DNA of 57,620 nt from Chromera velia (lineage: Eukaryota), in assembly GCA_018398765.1 (NCBI GenBank), contig JAHBMJ010000085.1, positions 1-57,620 of the forward strand. The letters run 5' to 3'. The notes under the pieces are model-generated. The model worked only from the letters and a program-made list of their open reading frames with translations, made no database searches and was not told where the DNA came from. Position 1 is the stretch's first letter; each line of letters starts with the position of its first letter. Positions 17,602-32,126 of the stretch are shown here, piece by piece. Position numbers and translations under genes: made by a program.

Positions 17602-18720
17602 TCTATAGCTCTGAATCCCTTTTTCTTTTTTTACGAGTTCATCACTACCTAGGTCACTGACACTACATTTTCCATACTATATTTAGGAGAAGATTCTGCT
17701 GTATATAGGTGTTAGAATATGCTAGAAATACGTTTGCCATCATGTTCTATGCTAAAAATGCTAAGTAGGACCTTCCTAGAACTTATAGTTTTTTCCTAGT
17801 TTTTTTATGTACCTATTTATATACCAATATGCCTCTAAATTCCTTTTTTTAGATCTCTAACCCACTTTTTAGAGAATTTAACTAGGAATTCAAGAGCCTA
17901 AACCCCCCTTCTTATACTTAGTTTTATGAAGGTACCTATATAGGAAGGTGGAAGCCGACAGATGTCAGTGGTAGTGCACCGCGCCGTGACCGTGGGAGGG
18001 GGTATCTAATGGGGTCTAGGATGAGGTACAACCCGGAACTTCAACATGCATACGCATTAATCCTATTCCTATAGTGAGTCCTAGTCCTATTCTGTATTAA
18101 ACATGTGATTCCAGCTAGCTCCATCAAAGTCCAGTAAAATTAATTTAGACTTAATTATTTAGTAGTAAATTTAAGGAGTTATATAAGATCAACAGTGAAC
18201 ACATAAACCTACATACACCTAGATCCTGTGATAAACACTGTGGCTTCAATTCTAGCTTTAATTGCGAGTGATAGATTGATGGTTACCGCGATGAATGAAA
18301 ATGAAGATATCGACCGTCACGGTGCTTCAGCGCTCAGCACTATAGCCAGCGCAGGCACGGCTTAACATGGATGCGGATCGATTTATGATCGATTTCCTAT
18401 AAACTAGTTTGCATCTTCGAATCGCAAAACGATTGTGTAAGCAATTCAGGGCACTGTAACCATGCATGCAGCTCGGCAGTCAAAAGAGCAAGGAAGAAGG
18501 AATGCAAGATCGTGGAATCGACGTGGATGCACCTGACCATGAATGTAACTGACTCCTTGAGTTCACTAACAGACAGGAATCTATGCCCCCCCCATACCAT
18601 GCAGCCGGTTTTCTTCGATCAAGCCGGCAAACCACAGATGAGCAATTCAATTCTGACAACAATCCTGGGAGCTTCCTTCTTCCCAAATAGACCAAGTGTG
18701 TGTATGTGCCTCGGTCAGTG

Positions 18721-18751
<31 letters not shown>

Positions 18752-20198
18752 GCACGCACGGTTCTTATTTAATCGACAATTAAGGTATTCTTCGCACAGG
18801 CAGAAAGGATCATGTCTGCATGAGGGTCGGCACAGTCACTCCGTTAGCACTGACTGCCGTGTGTCCCCTCGGTCTACAAAGGGAACGAAAGAAGGATGGA
18901 TGGGTAAAAGATATAGAGTCCACTTACAGGAAAGGCATTCCCAATATTCGCGCGCACACGCACACACACACGCACACACACATGCTGACAGGCTGCTTCA
19001 TCCACTTAATGCGTTTGTTGCTTCGCACTTTTTCCCGGGAGGTCTCGTGGATGAGTACAGGCTGCAGTTTCAAATACCCCGACCGACTGACTGACTGGCT
19101 GCTCCCTTTGCAGTGAATCTTCAGACAGAAAACGTTCAAATGCGGACGATAGGGAATGCGGATAGAGACGATCGGTGGTGCAGGTTGCAAGGAGGGGACA
19201 CAAGATGTGGGATGGATGGAGCACAGGACGCAAACAGACGGAGGCACTGAAAATGCCACACACACACACACACACACACAGACACACACACACACACACA
19301 CGCACACACATACATACACACATGCACAGTGACTTCGAAGCCACGTGCCTCATGCAGGTAGTGTCTTGTCCAACAAAACTCACGGATCGAGTCACTCACC
19401 CATCCACCTTTGCAAACCAATGATGTCGCCAATGATGTCGCCACGGCCCTGTCACTGAAAGACACAGAAAACACAAAACGCGCATACACCGTCTGTCTCC
19501 TCGCTCCCAGCGAACTGCTGTCAGATCGTTCCCGTCTCTTACCTGCCTTCCAGTCTCTCGAGATCTGTACATAGTAGACGAGACGGAAGGGGAAAGAAGA
19601 GCAAGGGCGGCCGCCAACCCCCCCCTCGGGGGAAAAACACGGCAGAGCTGATACAGTCAGTCCCGTCGTGTGATGTTATCATGTCAGCAGACGCAAACCG
19701 GCCGGCAGCCAATCCGACCACTCCATCGCTTCTTCTCTTCTGTTGTCTGCATGGCAACCAAGGACCAGTCAACAGAACAGGAATGAAAAGAACAGAGAGA
19801 AGCGGGGCAAGAAAACAGAAAGAAAGAACGAAAGAGAGACAAAAGAATCAATGAACTAACGAATGAAGGCCCCCAACGGAGACTAGCTTGATCAAGGTGA
19901 AACGAACGAAGTGCGTCTTCGGCACGGCGACCCGTCTTTTGGGGGGGGGNNNNNNNGGGGGGGGGGAGTAAAGAGAGGTAGATGGTGGGGGTTATAAAAA
20001 AATGAACAAATGACACCTCGCCTCTGCCTTCGTATGTGTGTTCCGGCCCATGTTTCGTTCCTCTTGGCTGCAACTGCAATATTGATTGGGTTTTGCTTGC
20101 GATATTTTGATGCTCCCCCAACTTCCATGGTTGAAAACATGGAGGGAAAAAATTGCGGAGGAAGACAGAACAGAAAAGAAAAGAAGATCCAATTTCGG

Positions 20199-20232
<34 letters not shown>

Positions 20233-20579
20233 CTCTCTGGCCGTGGTTCTGCATCTCCGCTTAATTCTCTGGAGGCTCCCTTCGATCTAAATCTATTGGA
20301 AGGAACCCCCGCCCTTCTCAGCTCAAGTCAACAACAGTACTATGAATGCCAAGGAAGGTAGGATGGAGTGCCGTCACTGCCCATCTATCCATCCCTGCCG
20401 ACCCAGAGCTTCCTGTCGAGAGAAGAGAAATGAATGCAGGCAGATCCATTACTAAGAGCGTTGCAGTTGGGGGGGGGGGATAAGTCAGTTTCCTTCTTGA
20501 AAGTTTGAGAGAGAGGCACAGAGAGAGAGGGAGAGAGAGAAAGAGAAAGAAAAAAAAAAAAAAGAAAGACAAAAAAAAA

Positions 20580-20612
<33 letters not shown>

Positions 20613-21159
20613 GAAAAACTAAGAAAGCAAAGAAAAAAAGGATCCATCTCTCTGTTCCTTCCAGCGTTTTTATGTACCAACAGACCATCAAATCACGATC
20701 AGTTTCAGGTTCAAACATTCGTGCCCGCTTGTCTGTCTGTCTGTTTATCCCTCCCTTCCAAGTCTCCTTCATCTCTTTCTGCCCCCGTTCCACGGACAAA
20801 AATGGAATGGGGGTTTGTCGGTTGGCTTTGTGTGTGTGTGTGTGATCAGACGAGCCGAGAAAAACAGCCAGCTACACGGAGAGGCAGGCAGGCAGGCAGA
20901 GGACAAAAAGAGATCCACAATTTTTGGACCCGTGATTGCCCTAAACGAGGAGACGAGACTGAAATTAAGAAAGAAAGAGAAGCCATACATAAAAACGTGG
21001 CTGACGGGGAGTCAGACTGTACGCAAACAAACGAAGAACTTACAGAAAACGTCCTAAACAACCCGCCAGTCACGAATGCGTGAATGACTGAAAGAAAGGA
21101 AGATAGGTAGGTGGACGCACATATCTAGATACACCCTCAACACGGAGGGCCTCTCTCTT

Positions 21160-21194
<35 letters not shown>

Positions 21195-24100
21195 TATACA
21201 CACGCGACACAGGCGGACAGACGAAGAGCGAAAGAGAGAGAGACATTCCTATTGATTCATCATCGACCACAAGTGAGTGAGTGAGTTAATGAGTGAGTGA
21301 GTGTGCAAACAGACAACTTAATTGGGTCACACGGAATAAACGTCTTTCGAGCATCTGTTGCCAAAAACGAGACCTCCAAAAATGGTCTTGTTGTCAAGAA
21401 CCAAGGGGGAGGGCATGGATGCATGCACTGCATGGTCATGCAGATAGACATGGATCTCATGCTCTTTCTTGCAAACAGACTGCACCCCCTGACTTCTTTC
21501 ATTTGTTTCCCTCCCTCCCTCCCTCCCTTTCCACGAACAAACAAACAAAGAAACTACAGGAAGGAGAATTGAACACAAAACAAAACGCACAAGAAGAAGG
21601 AAAGAGTGAAATAAAAGAATTGACTGCATCTTGAGCGGAACGACCAAGTGACTAAAAAATCCGACTCGCTGATCTGATTTCTTCCGAGTTATTTCCCCCT
21701 CCGGACAGACCATTCAGGAAAAATGAAAATGAATGCAGGACTCAATTTTTGTTTGTGCCTGACCTATGTGTGGCTTGTCTCCATTCCCTCGTATTCCTTT
21801 TTTTTTTTTGACAGCAGAATCTTCCTCTGTCCTTCTTTCACCGTCTTCCAGAGAGGTCACAAAGCGACCGCAGGAAAAGGACCCGCTCTCGGTCAGGGTG
21901 ATTTCCTGCCGTAGATTATTTCACTGTCAGTCGATCTTTCTCTCTCCCCTGCTCTTCCTTTTCTTTTCTTCTTCTCAATGGTCCCTCCCTCTCCTTCCTC
22001 CGCCGCATCATGCGGACAGACAGACAGACAGACAGACAGATACAAATCCCCGACCCGCTGCGGGATTTTCTTCCTTCCAGCAGGTGTTTTATGTTCTTGC
22101 TTGAATTCCTCCTGCTTGCAAGCGTCTGATCGTCAACCGAAATTTGAGGCCCTCGATGATGCGCATGTTTTGCACATCAGGTGCACGAATGAATTGATAT
22201 GATCTGATTCCCTCAAACTCATTCATGCACGCAGACCGAACACCCAGCCAGTCAGTCAGACTCCTTCAGCCCGTTGAAGCACGGTACCCACCGAGCATTC
22301 GTATGCCTCACTTGACTGGACTGGAGTCACGCTGCGTGGCTTAATTTCCGTTAGTGGTCTTCGTCCCTCCCGGCCTTTCACTCGCCCTCGCCTCTCCTCT
22401 CCTGTCCTCTCCTCGGGCATTCATCGAATTGCTCGATGCCAAACTTGACGGCAATCGGGCACACTCTGGCTGTCAGAGGAAAAGAAGGAAAGAAAGCGCG
22501 AATGGGCACAGAAAAATTAATCATAACCTGCCGTGAAGTAAAAACCAACAGAGACCTCCAAACGTAGAGAAAACAAAGAACACCACTTTCGGTAACCTCT
22601 TTTTTCTTCTGCCTCCGAAAGTTCGTATTGCCCGTCCATTCGCTTTCCTGTGCCTAATTTGATGATCGTGAAGAAAGCTTTGGTAATCCTGACGCTTCTT
22701 TCATCTGCCATGTGCTCTCTCTCTTTCTCCCTCTGAGTAGGCGGGCGGGCAGGCAGATGCATCCATCCAGCAACAACCACAATTCGGCCAACCAATCTTA
22801 CCCAGCACAACCACGTCGCACAGATCCCTCGATCGTTTCATCATTCACTTGACACACAGCGGGTATTGTAAAAAGGCAACAGCCGCAACAACGGTAAGTG
22901 AGGGTGAAGGGATTGGATGTCAAGTCGAGACCGGAAGGCACAACACTGTAAGAGGGAGAAGAGCTGACGGCAGCACTTCGTGCGGCGGCCCTTCCCTCTT
23001 TTCTTTATCATAAAGCAACGCAACACGCGTCATGAAGGACGGCGAGAAGGAAGGAAGGAGGGAAGGAAGACAGCCAGGCAGACAGGCAGGCAGGAGGGCG
23101 GTCCATGTGCGTTTATCATGAAGCGTAAGGTGAGGTAGACAGGAGGCAGCGTAGCGTTTTCCTTTGATGCCGCCTCATCCCATAGATTGATTGGTGCCTT
23201 GACAAAAAATTGGCATTGTGTGAAGTCAACAAGCGGATCGATGTTGAATTTTTTGTGAATGCATCGGCACCCATCGACATGCGCACAGCGTTTGTTTGAG
23301 AGAGACATGGCAGCGTTTCGTTTGATTCATTCCATTTGACTCTCTTTTTTGTTTTGCACCCTCGCAGACAGACCCTCATTTTGGTTCCGCTATTTTTTCT
23401 TCTTGTTCTTTTCATGCATTGCACCACTCGTTCCTCCTGCCTTCCCTCTCTTCGTGGCGACTGGAACATAACTTTTCCACTCACGCCCAAACGCCCTTTT
23501 CTCCCTCTTTCTTCCTCTTCCGATCGTCTGCTGCTTTGTTTGTTTGTGGAAGGGTCTGATGCGAATTCATCTAAAGATGATCGTCCCTTCCCTTTCTTGC
23601 TCTCTGCAACTGCAACGGTGGGGCTGATTTGATGGAGCGTTCCTTTGGACTTTGGACAGTACAGGAATGAAATAGGGGGGGAAGCGTGCGTGGAAATTTT
23701 GTGTGTTAACTGAATTTGTGAAAGTGGAACAGATCTACGGCGGAACGAAAGGGATTGAGAGGGCATCGAACGAACGAAAGACAGAAAGACAGAAAAAAAG
23801 AGGAAGAGGAAAGGGACAGACGACCGAGCTTCCTCATCTCGTCCACCGTTTGTGCCCCGATTTTTATTTTCTTTCGCGCAATTCGAAACAATCAAATTCG
23901 GCTCACTGTCGGTCCTGATTTTTGATCAAAAGACCTTGCATTTCGTGAAATAGAAAGGAAGGTGAAGAAGCCATGCACCATACAAGCACATCAGAGCATG
24001 GAGAACAAAAACCGAGCAGCAGCAGCGGTAGGACACAACAACGGCAGGTAAACACACAAAGCAAAGCAAGGCACGATAGACAGCCTCAGCGACACGCATG

Positions 24101-26001
24101 AATGAAAATGACGAACGAATATTGAAAATGGAGAATGTCTTATCTGATTCTGAGGCAGTCATCATGCACATACGCATAGAGAAGAGAAGAAAGATTCACA
24201 ACAGCGGTTTGTCTGTTTGGTGGCGGATGAACAGAAATAAAAAGAGCAAGGCAGGCAAATGAAGACGACGAACGAATCTAAACGATCGCTTTCCACCAAT
24301 CAACCAGTCAATCTATTTGATACACAGCGATGAGGCAAGCAAACGTGCACCCACCAAACACAACGGCCAGCGAGCGAGCCAACCGAAAAATCGATCGGGT
24401 CCCACATGAAGCACGTGCAGATATTAGAAAGGAAAAGGAAAAAGGTATGAGTGAGTCAAGACAAGAAAGAGACGACAAGAAAGAAAAGAAAGGATAGGCG
24501 AACGTATTCAAACGAACGCCTGGTAGACAGACACGCCACTTCGAACCCCCACCCTGCTCTTTTCTTTTATGTAGCACCTCCTTCTGTCTTTTCTTGGGTT
24601 GAATGATTTGATTGCGGCTGTTTTCTTTCCCCCGTTTTGTGTGTGTCCCACTGTTTGTCTGCACACACAATGACGACAGAATAGAACAACAGCTCGGGCA
24701 AAGAGCGAACTCCTCTGCAGGCCCGGTGGGAGGCGGGGCAGAACAGAACAGAAAAAGAAGGAGAAAAAAAACTGGGTCATTGTATTAGTGCATCAACCTG
24801 TCCGTCCATTTGAATCCATTTTTTTCTGCAGTCAAGCCGGAGCCACCTTAGAAAGCAAACCGAAGTGAAGTCAAAGCAAAGCAAAGCAAACAGAGGAAAA
24901 GGAAACGGCTGCGGAGGCAAAAAGCGAAGTCCGACCACACTTTGGCGGGCTGCCTCTGACCTCCCGTTGCACCTTCGCATTCTTTTCTTTTCTACTCAAG
25001 CAGACCAAAATGACTGTTTTTCATCGCCTTCAATCTGTCAATGAGTCCATCCCTTTTTGACACACACAGAAGATCAACTGGCGTTTCAGATCTCTCTGAC
25101 GCGTTTGTCTCTTCCTTCTTCGACTCGCTGTCCCTGTCACTCCCTGCCTTTGCAGTTCAATTCAGGGCGTAAAATGAAATGCAGAATCGAATCCTTTCGA
25201 AAAAAAAAGGGGGGCCTCCTGTTTATTTCCGCTTCCAAAATCCACCCACCCATCGAGTGGTCGAGTAATCAGTCAGTGCAACTAGTACTCCCACGCACGA
25301 ACAGAAAGTCTGTTCACATACAAAAAGGTCTCTCCGCGGTAAGTCCTTGTGTGTCTTTCTAGGAGAGGCAGGTGGAGAGAAAGATGCAAGACTGCACTGA
25401 GAGTCTTACAAACGCCCATGAGACTGCCTGACTGCCTTCGAGTGAGCTCTCGAGAACTCTTGCTCACAGACAGTTCATGCGGCCTCGCTCATGAACTTAT
25501 CTCTTTTCTTCAACTTGTTTTTTGCTGTCGGTTTTTTTTGTCTTCACTTCGTTGCTTGACTTCTTCCAGGACACCCACCCCAGACAGACAAACAGGAAGA
25601 AGACCGAAAACAAAGAACGAAATACAAAGGCACAACAGCGTTTCACTCAAGCTTTTTACTTCACTTGCCTCGCGCGAAGAGACCGATCCCCACCGACCGC
25701 CCCATTTTTCTCCCCTTCTCCTCGTTCTACGGTGTGATACGTAGGAAAACCACTTTTTCTTTTCTCTCCCCCCCTCTCCCATGACTGTCTCCCTCTCCCC
25801 CGCCCTCCTTTTTGCCGACCTACATGCCTGTCTGTGCCCCTTTTCAGCAGGAGAAGAAAGATAAATGAAAGAAAGCGAACAAGTAAAGGCCGTGCCCCAC
25901 AAAAACATCGAGCACGACAGACATCCGAACTTCATTACATAGATAGGGCTTCTTTCTTTTTTCACGCTACCGTCAGCTCTACCTTGAGTCAAACTGTTCT
26001 T

Positions 26002-28663
26002 TCATCTGTCTGCCTTTGCAAAAATTGCTCCCAGGTTTTGCAGGTGGAGTACGCTCTTGACCTGCAGCTGCCTGAGGATGAAGTCAGGACAAACCGCCGA
26101 CTTGAGGTCGAAGGACCACACAGCGGTCAGACGAATGCGACCGTCTGGCAGCCGTCTGGCTTCGTATCCACCTATCTGCACGAGCATAGCAACAAGGAAC
26201 AAACAAAGTCTAATCCCCTTTTCCCGTCAAGCTCGAAGTAGAAGTCCATGCGCAAGGATGGGCCAATCATTCCTTCCAAGGGATGAAAGAGAGAGGGACG
26301 CAGTATTCACCAACGAGAATACGGGACCGGCACAAACAATTGGAGTCGATTTCAGCCTTGCAGCAGAAAGCACGAAGCGTAGGCAAGAAACGGACAGAGA
26401 ACAACGTAATTTCCGGACCACCAACAGACAGAGAGCGGGAAAGGGGGGGCATGTAGAGAAAGGGAAGAAAGGAGACAGAGGCGAGATCAAATGGACACGA
26501 GAGAGGAGTCAAAAGAGGAATTCAAAGTGCACAAGAAGCAGGGCAAGAACACAAAAGTGAGAGAGAAGGGCTGCTTCACTGACCGGTGCCCACGCGCGCA
26601 CTCGACCCCTAAGCATCACGGACGGCACGCGGTCCAGTTCCGGGTGGCTGATGGACTCAATGATCGTTGCAGCGTGGTCGGGACCCAACTGAATGAAAAA
26701 TTAAGGCAAAGGCGCAAGATATACAGACTATGCGTTTCTTTATTCATTTACTTCCTTTCTTCTCTCCCTTTCTTTCACAGGATACTAAACTAAGGAGGGA
26801 CGTTGATCGAGAGACGATCCTCTTGTTCTGTCCGTGGTCTTCCCCTTTCTTTCTTACTGAGAGACAGGCAGGCTGCTGCTTAGGTCGGTCTGAGAGACGG
26901 GTGTAGAGAAACAAAGCAAAGAGCAGTTTGGAACAACAAAGGTAGGCCAAAAGTTGCTCACCCCCCCACCTCCCTTACTTCCTCTCTGACTCATGCACTC
27001 ACTCACGTCTTTGAGGGAAGCCGCGATGACGGAGAAAAAAAAAAAAACTCACTCACGTCTTTGAGGGATGCCGCCATGACGAAATCCCTCCCGGGAAAAC
27101 CGAATTGACCGTAGAAGGAAAGGTAGAAGGCACAGGTAGCGGGCCACCCTTCCTTCCAAGTACACAGCCTGCTGCCTGCAGAGTGAAATTTCAGCACAGC
27201 AAGAAAGGTAATGAACAGGAAAAACGCACAACAAACAGATGGTCTTAGAATGCAGACACGAGCACGAGAAGTGACTCCTCGCAGAAAGTTCGAGAAGTGA
27301 CCCCTCGCCGAATCGTCAGTTTCTACCCACCCCGATTACCAAGCAAGACAGAAACGGGTAAACGTTTCTTTTCCTTTCTTTTCCGATACCTCGAGATTTC
27401 ACGACTCTCCGCAGCTGCTGCATGGCAGGCGGTTTGAACTTCCAGATCACGTGCACACACACAGACCTCTCTCATTCTGTTTCTCTGAGTATGCTGACTG
27501 ACAGACAAGACAGAGTGACACACAAAGTAGACATCCAGAAAGACGGACTGACTGTACTCTGCCATGTTGTTGTATGACGCTTGCGAGCTGCTCCAGACAA
27601 TGCTCATGATGTCCCTGACGGAGAGAGACTCCAGAGACAGATCGATGGACCCTCGAACGACGCCTGCCGCAGCACCCTCAACCTTCCGCCGGTCGACCTG
27701 CACGTTCCCCGATTGAAACTTAACATCCAAAGACAGACAGGCAGGCAGGCAGGCGCAAGCAAACACACTCCTGCTGTCACAACGGCCTACAGGACGGTTG
27801 GGTGCAATGTCTTTCCTTCCTCCCACCGGACGAGTCCTTCCAGGATGCCCAAGCGAAGGGACCAAGTCGATAGCAAAAATGACTCAAGACACAATGCGCC
27901 TTTCTCAACAAAAGTATCGAGGAGGACAGGAATTAGAGCTTCGACGACAAACCGATACTGACACAGTATGGAGAAAGAGGACGAACAGATGGGTGTTCAC
28001 TCCATTTTCGCATTTTCGACCGGCAAAGTGCCACTGCTTGCGCATGCAGAAGAGCCTTTACATGTGCATTCATGCAGCGCGAGTATGACTCACAAAGATG
28101 CCGTGTTTGTTGTACAGCTCTTTCCAGACCGGCGACTTGTCTCTAGCGTTTCGGACGAGATCAGCCACTAGCGCCTCGCTCCGCACAGAATGGAAGTGCT
28201 CCAAGGTTGTGGCCAGAGCCCTAGAGAGTTTGACCTTGTCTGCAAGGTAGTAGGCGCTCTGGGACATGGCGGCCTTGTCCGGAGGACAGAAGGAAGGGTC
28301 ATCAGTGGTGGAGTGTGAAGGAATGCTCGACGTGTCTTTGCACCTTCCGTGGTTCCAGCTGTCCGCAGTGCGTACAGTACGAGGAGCCTTGAGGCTACAC
28401 TCATCAGAGAAGGGAAGATCAAGGTCACTGGAGCTGTTCTTACTTCCCAGGGAGTCGGTGTCACTGACTCTGCTGCAGGGACTCAGATTGGGGTTGTCCT
28501 CAGCCACCAGAGGCACACAGGCTGATAGAAACTCTCGGGGGAAGGCCGGAGGAGCTTCGGGCCGCCTCCGGCCGTCGCCATCTGGAAGCAAAAACGGAGC
28601 ATCTACGAGTTCGGAAGCCACCTCCTTCAAAAAAGGGAGAGGGGAACTCGACTGAGCACTCAT
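26002..28663 (-). CDS. START/SRPBCC lipid-binding domain protein with a Ser/Pro-rich N-terminal extension
   Basis: Exons 28663-28094, 27697-27553 (alternative acceptor 27718), 27175-27057, 26688-26584, 26175-26002 splice in frame to WKELYNKHGIFVDRRKVEG..VVRGSIDL..FPGRDFV..ESISHPEL..GRVRAW..GGYEARRLPDGRIRLTAVWSFDLKSAVCPDFILRQLQ, which matches the START motif order. Confidence 0.8.
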
Positions 28664-29474
28664 TCTTTCTCTCTCTCTCTTTCGATCTTTCTCGTGCGCG
28701 CGCGAACGAACGTCCGTTCACTCTGTGATTTCTTCGCTTGTCGGTACGATCAAAACACCACGACAGAAGCACCAGGTGCACCGTTTGACACTTGGCGCCG
28801 GAGATCACGGAAAACAAACAGCGGGATGGAATGAGTGTGTAGGCCAACAGAGAATTCACCTTCATTGGACTGTTGGAGACAAGTGAAGTCTGATTGAAAG
28901 AGTGTGAAGGATTTTTGAAAAACTCTGAGCACTTCGTGCGAACGGCCAGCAATTGAGGATTTCTGTACGACGCTTCCAAATAGTGCCCCACAAGCATTTC
29001 TTTGCTTGGCCACGAAGCAGCACGTCTAGCGGCGCGCGCCGCCGCGCCATCGCGCCATCGGATTGGGCACCACGCCGCCGCCGCAATCATATCTGCCCTC
29101 ATTGCTAGCCTCATTTTAGTACATTTTACATGATTTATGTACATTTATCATATTTATGTATCTATGTATGTATCATTTGTCAGACCGTTTGAATCATTTT
29201 TATAGTGGATGGTAGAATGTCATAGATTCAGTCTTAGTGCATACAACTAGCTGTACGAGTATTTACAGGGCTAATAAAGTATAATGAAGGCTAAATTTAA
29301 GACTAATTAAGATAAATTGGGATCAGTATAGATCAGTACTACTGGTATGATCAATGTAAACCAGTACAAACCGGGCTAACTATGCAAATGACTACACATG
29401 ACAAACCTCCCTGAATCCAATTATTTTGAATACAGTAATGCAGTCTATTGCCAGACTATTGGACTTTCTCTTCT

Positions 29475-31103
29475 TCAATATTCAATAATAATTGCCTCTT
29501 CCTTTTTGCTTTCTGTTTCTTTCATAAGAAGAGCCTCTACATTCTGAAGCAGTGCTTCACACTCTTGTTCTTCCTCCCTGCACGCAGCCTCTCCGGCAAT
29601 ACACTCTCTCTCAAGCAATTGCTGCAAGTCCCGCACATCATAAGCATCTGGAAAGATCAGCGGAGGGGGCGCTACAGGTTCAGCAGAGCACCCACCACTG
29701 GGAGGTGGTCGAGCCGGCACCCGGGGGGGCAGGTGGGGGTTCGGAGGGATCTGTGCTAGTCCGGCCACCAGAGCGGAGAGACGCGAGGCCTCCCTAGGAT
29801 CCCCCAGGACCTCCACTGCCCTCCTCTGGAACTCCAAAGGATCCGGAAGATCATGCAGAGATGCAGCGTTACCAGAAGTTGCCTCTTTCTCGCTTCTCCT
29901 GCGTCTCTCCGGTCCCCTGCCAGCTGCTTCCTGCACACATGCGTTTACGGCCTTCGTCTCCTCCTCAAGGGAAGAGAGGGGAGAGAAGGCCGCCTCGCAC
30001 CGGTCTGCATGCATACGCCCACATGCAGTCAAAGACAGACAGACAGACAGACAATCAGCATGCTAGTTATCATTCGATCTGCAGAACTCCTTTCCAAAAA
30101 TCTGTTGATGCCTCCCTCGATCTGTAGGGAGTAGTGCAGTGCAGAAGGTCGGAATTGAATCATCCATACGTACCCTCAGGATGTTGGGAAGACACGCGAC
30201 TGGAGACCACTCGCACACTAAACATCACCGCGCAGACGTACAGCCTGCACCCACAAACTCCAACGCAAAGAAAGACAGACTCTTTCTCTCCTGCTGCAGA
30301 ATTACTTGCCTCTCCTCCTCATCAGACCTCTCACTGCAAAACTTTGATTCTTTTCCTCTAAATCGCAGCGTCCCCCACTTCCTCTCACACTTCTTTCAAG
30401 AGAGCCTTGGACATGGGCAGGCACGAAGGCAGGCAGACAGGAAGCGTGAAGTCCTTGATTGACCCCACGCGCCCGTCATTGGCATCAAGCACCTTTTTCA
30501 TTACCAATCCCCCCACACACCCCGAATTTTTTGACCGTCCCCCCCCCCCCCCCCNNNNNNNNNNNNNNNNNNNNNNNNNNNNNNNNNNNNNNNNNNNNNN
30601 NNNNNNNNNNNNNNNNNNNNNNNNNNNNNNNNNNNNNNNNNNNNNNNNNNNNNNNNNNNNNNNNNNNNNNNNNNNNNNNNNNNNNNNNNNNNNNNNNNNN
30701 NNNNNNNNNNNNNNNNNNNNNNNNNNNNNNNNNNNNNNNNNNNNNNNCCCCCTCCCACCCCCGTGTTCTGTCCTTCAAGGGCAGAACACAGTCTTGACAT
30801 GCCAACGAGAGAAGGAAAAGAAGAAGTCGAAAATGTTGCGTGCACTGAAGAAGCACAGGTACAATGAGTCAGTCGTTAGATTGACCCACTCAGAGAACCA
30901 GACAGAGGGACAGACAAATAGCTAGCTAGCTAGCTAGATAGCTAGATAGACAGGTAGATAGATAAAGAAGAAGGTAGACAGAGAAAAGGCAACGAGGTGC
31001 GAAAGAGAACGACTGACCGAAACAGTCTTGAAGTCGCTGCCGCATTTGATTTCTTTCCCTCTGCACCGGCACACCCGCGCACACACCCGCGCACACACAC
31101 GCG

Positions 31104-31134
<31 letters not shown>

Positions 31135-31567
31135 ACACACATGCACACACACATGCACACACACANGGGGCGGGGAGGAAAGGAAGCGAGGGAAGGGTGA
31201 TTGAGAGACGTACAGTGGGTGCATGAACGACGCCGAGAGAGAGAAACAGCAAGCCTGAAGTCAACAAGGGCAATTAATGATCAAACACAGTCAATGCACT
31301 CAAACCAAAAGCTGTTTCAAACACAAGTTTCACAGATAAAAGGCAGAAACACCAAATTACACGAAGGTAAACAGAAGACACCACCTTCCACCGCCAAAAA
31401 CTGAGTAGGAAAAAAAAGAGCGCCAGACCTCCTGGCACATCGCAGACAGGGAGACGCAGAGGCAGGCATATTGACAATAAGGGAGAGAAACGGCGAAACA
31501 GGGATCTGGAGAGAGGCAAAGAGAAAGAACGAGCGAGTGCGCCAGAAAGAGAAACACCAACAGACCG

Positions 31568-31633
<66 letters not shown>

Positions 31634-32080
31634 CAAAACATGCAGCAAACGGACAAGGGAAAGAACGAAAGAATAAATTAATGAACGAGAGAAACAGAGA
31701 GGGAAAACAACGAGAGGCTCATACCATTTTCTTTGGCAAACTGAACGTTCTTCCTTTTCTTGTATGCATTCAACAAGGAAGACAGACCTCAGGCATCATC
31801 GACACCCTCCGTTTCGTTCTCTCCCACTCCTCCCGCGCCTCTCGCAGTCTCCCTGCACTCCCGCCCCCCTCCCTCCCTCCTTCTTTGTCCCCTTCTTCCT
31901 CTGAAAGGCCCCCGAACAACAACGCGTTCAAATCCCGTGTCACAAGAGTCAGCGCTTCAATTGCACGATCGAGATTCTGTAGCCGAACTTCTTCATCATT
32001 CGCACACACTCTCCCATTTTCTCTCCCCGTCTCCTTTTCCCTCTTCCTCTTTTGCGTCTTTGCAGACTGCACACACACAT

Positions 32081-32126
<46 letters not shown>

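Noticed and set aside
18512..19116. Possible plus-strand two-exon gene using an intron at 18714-18799
   Set aside because: The frame is compatible, but the product is featureless and runs into CA repeats, so it is unsupported.
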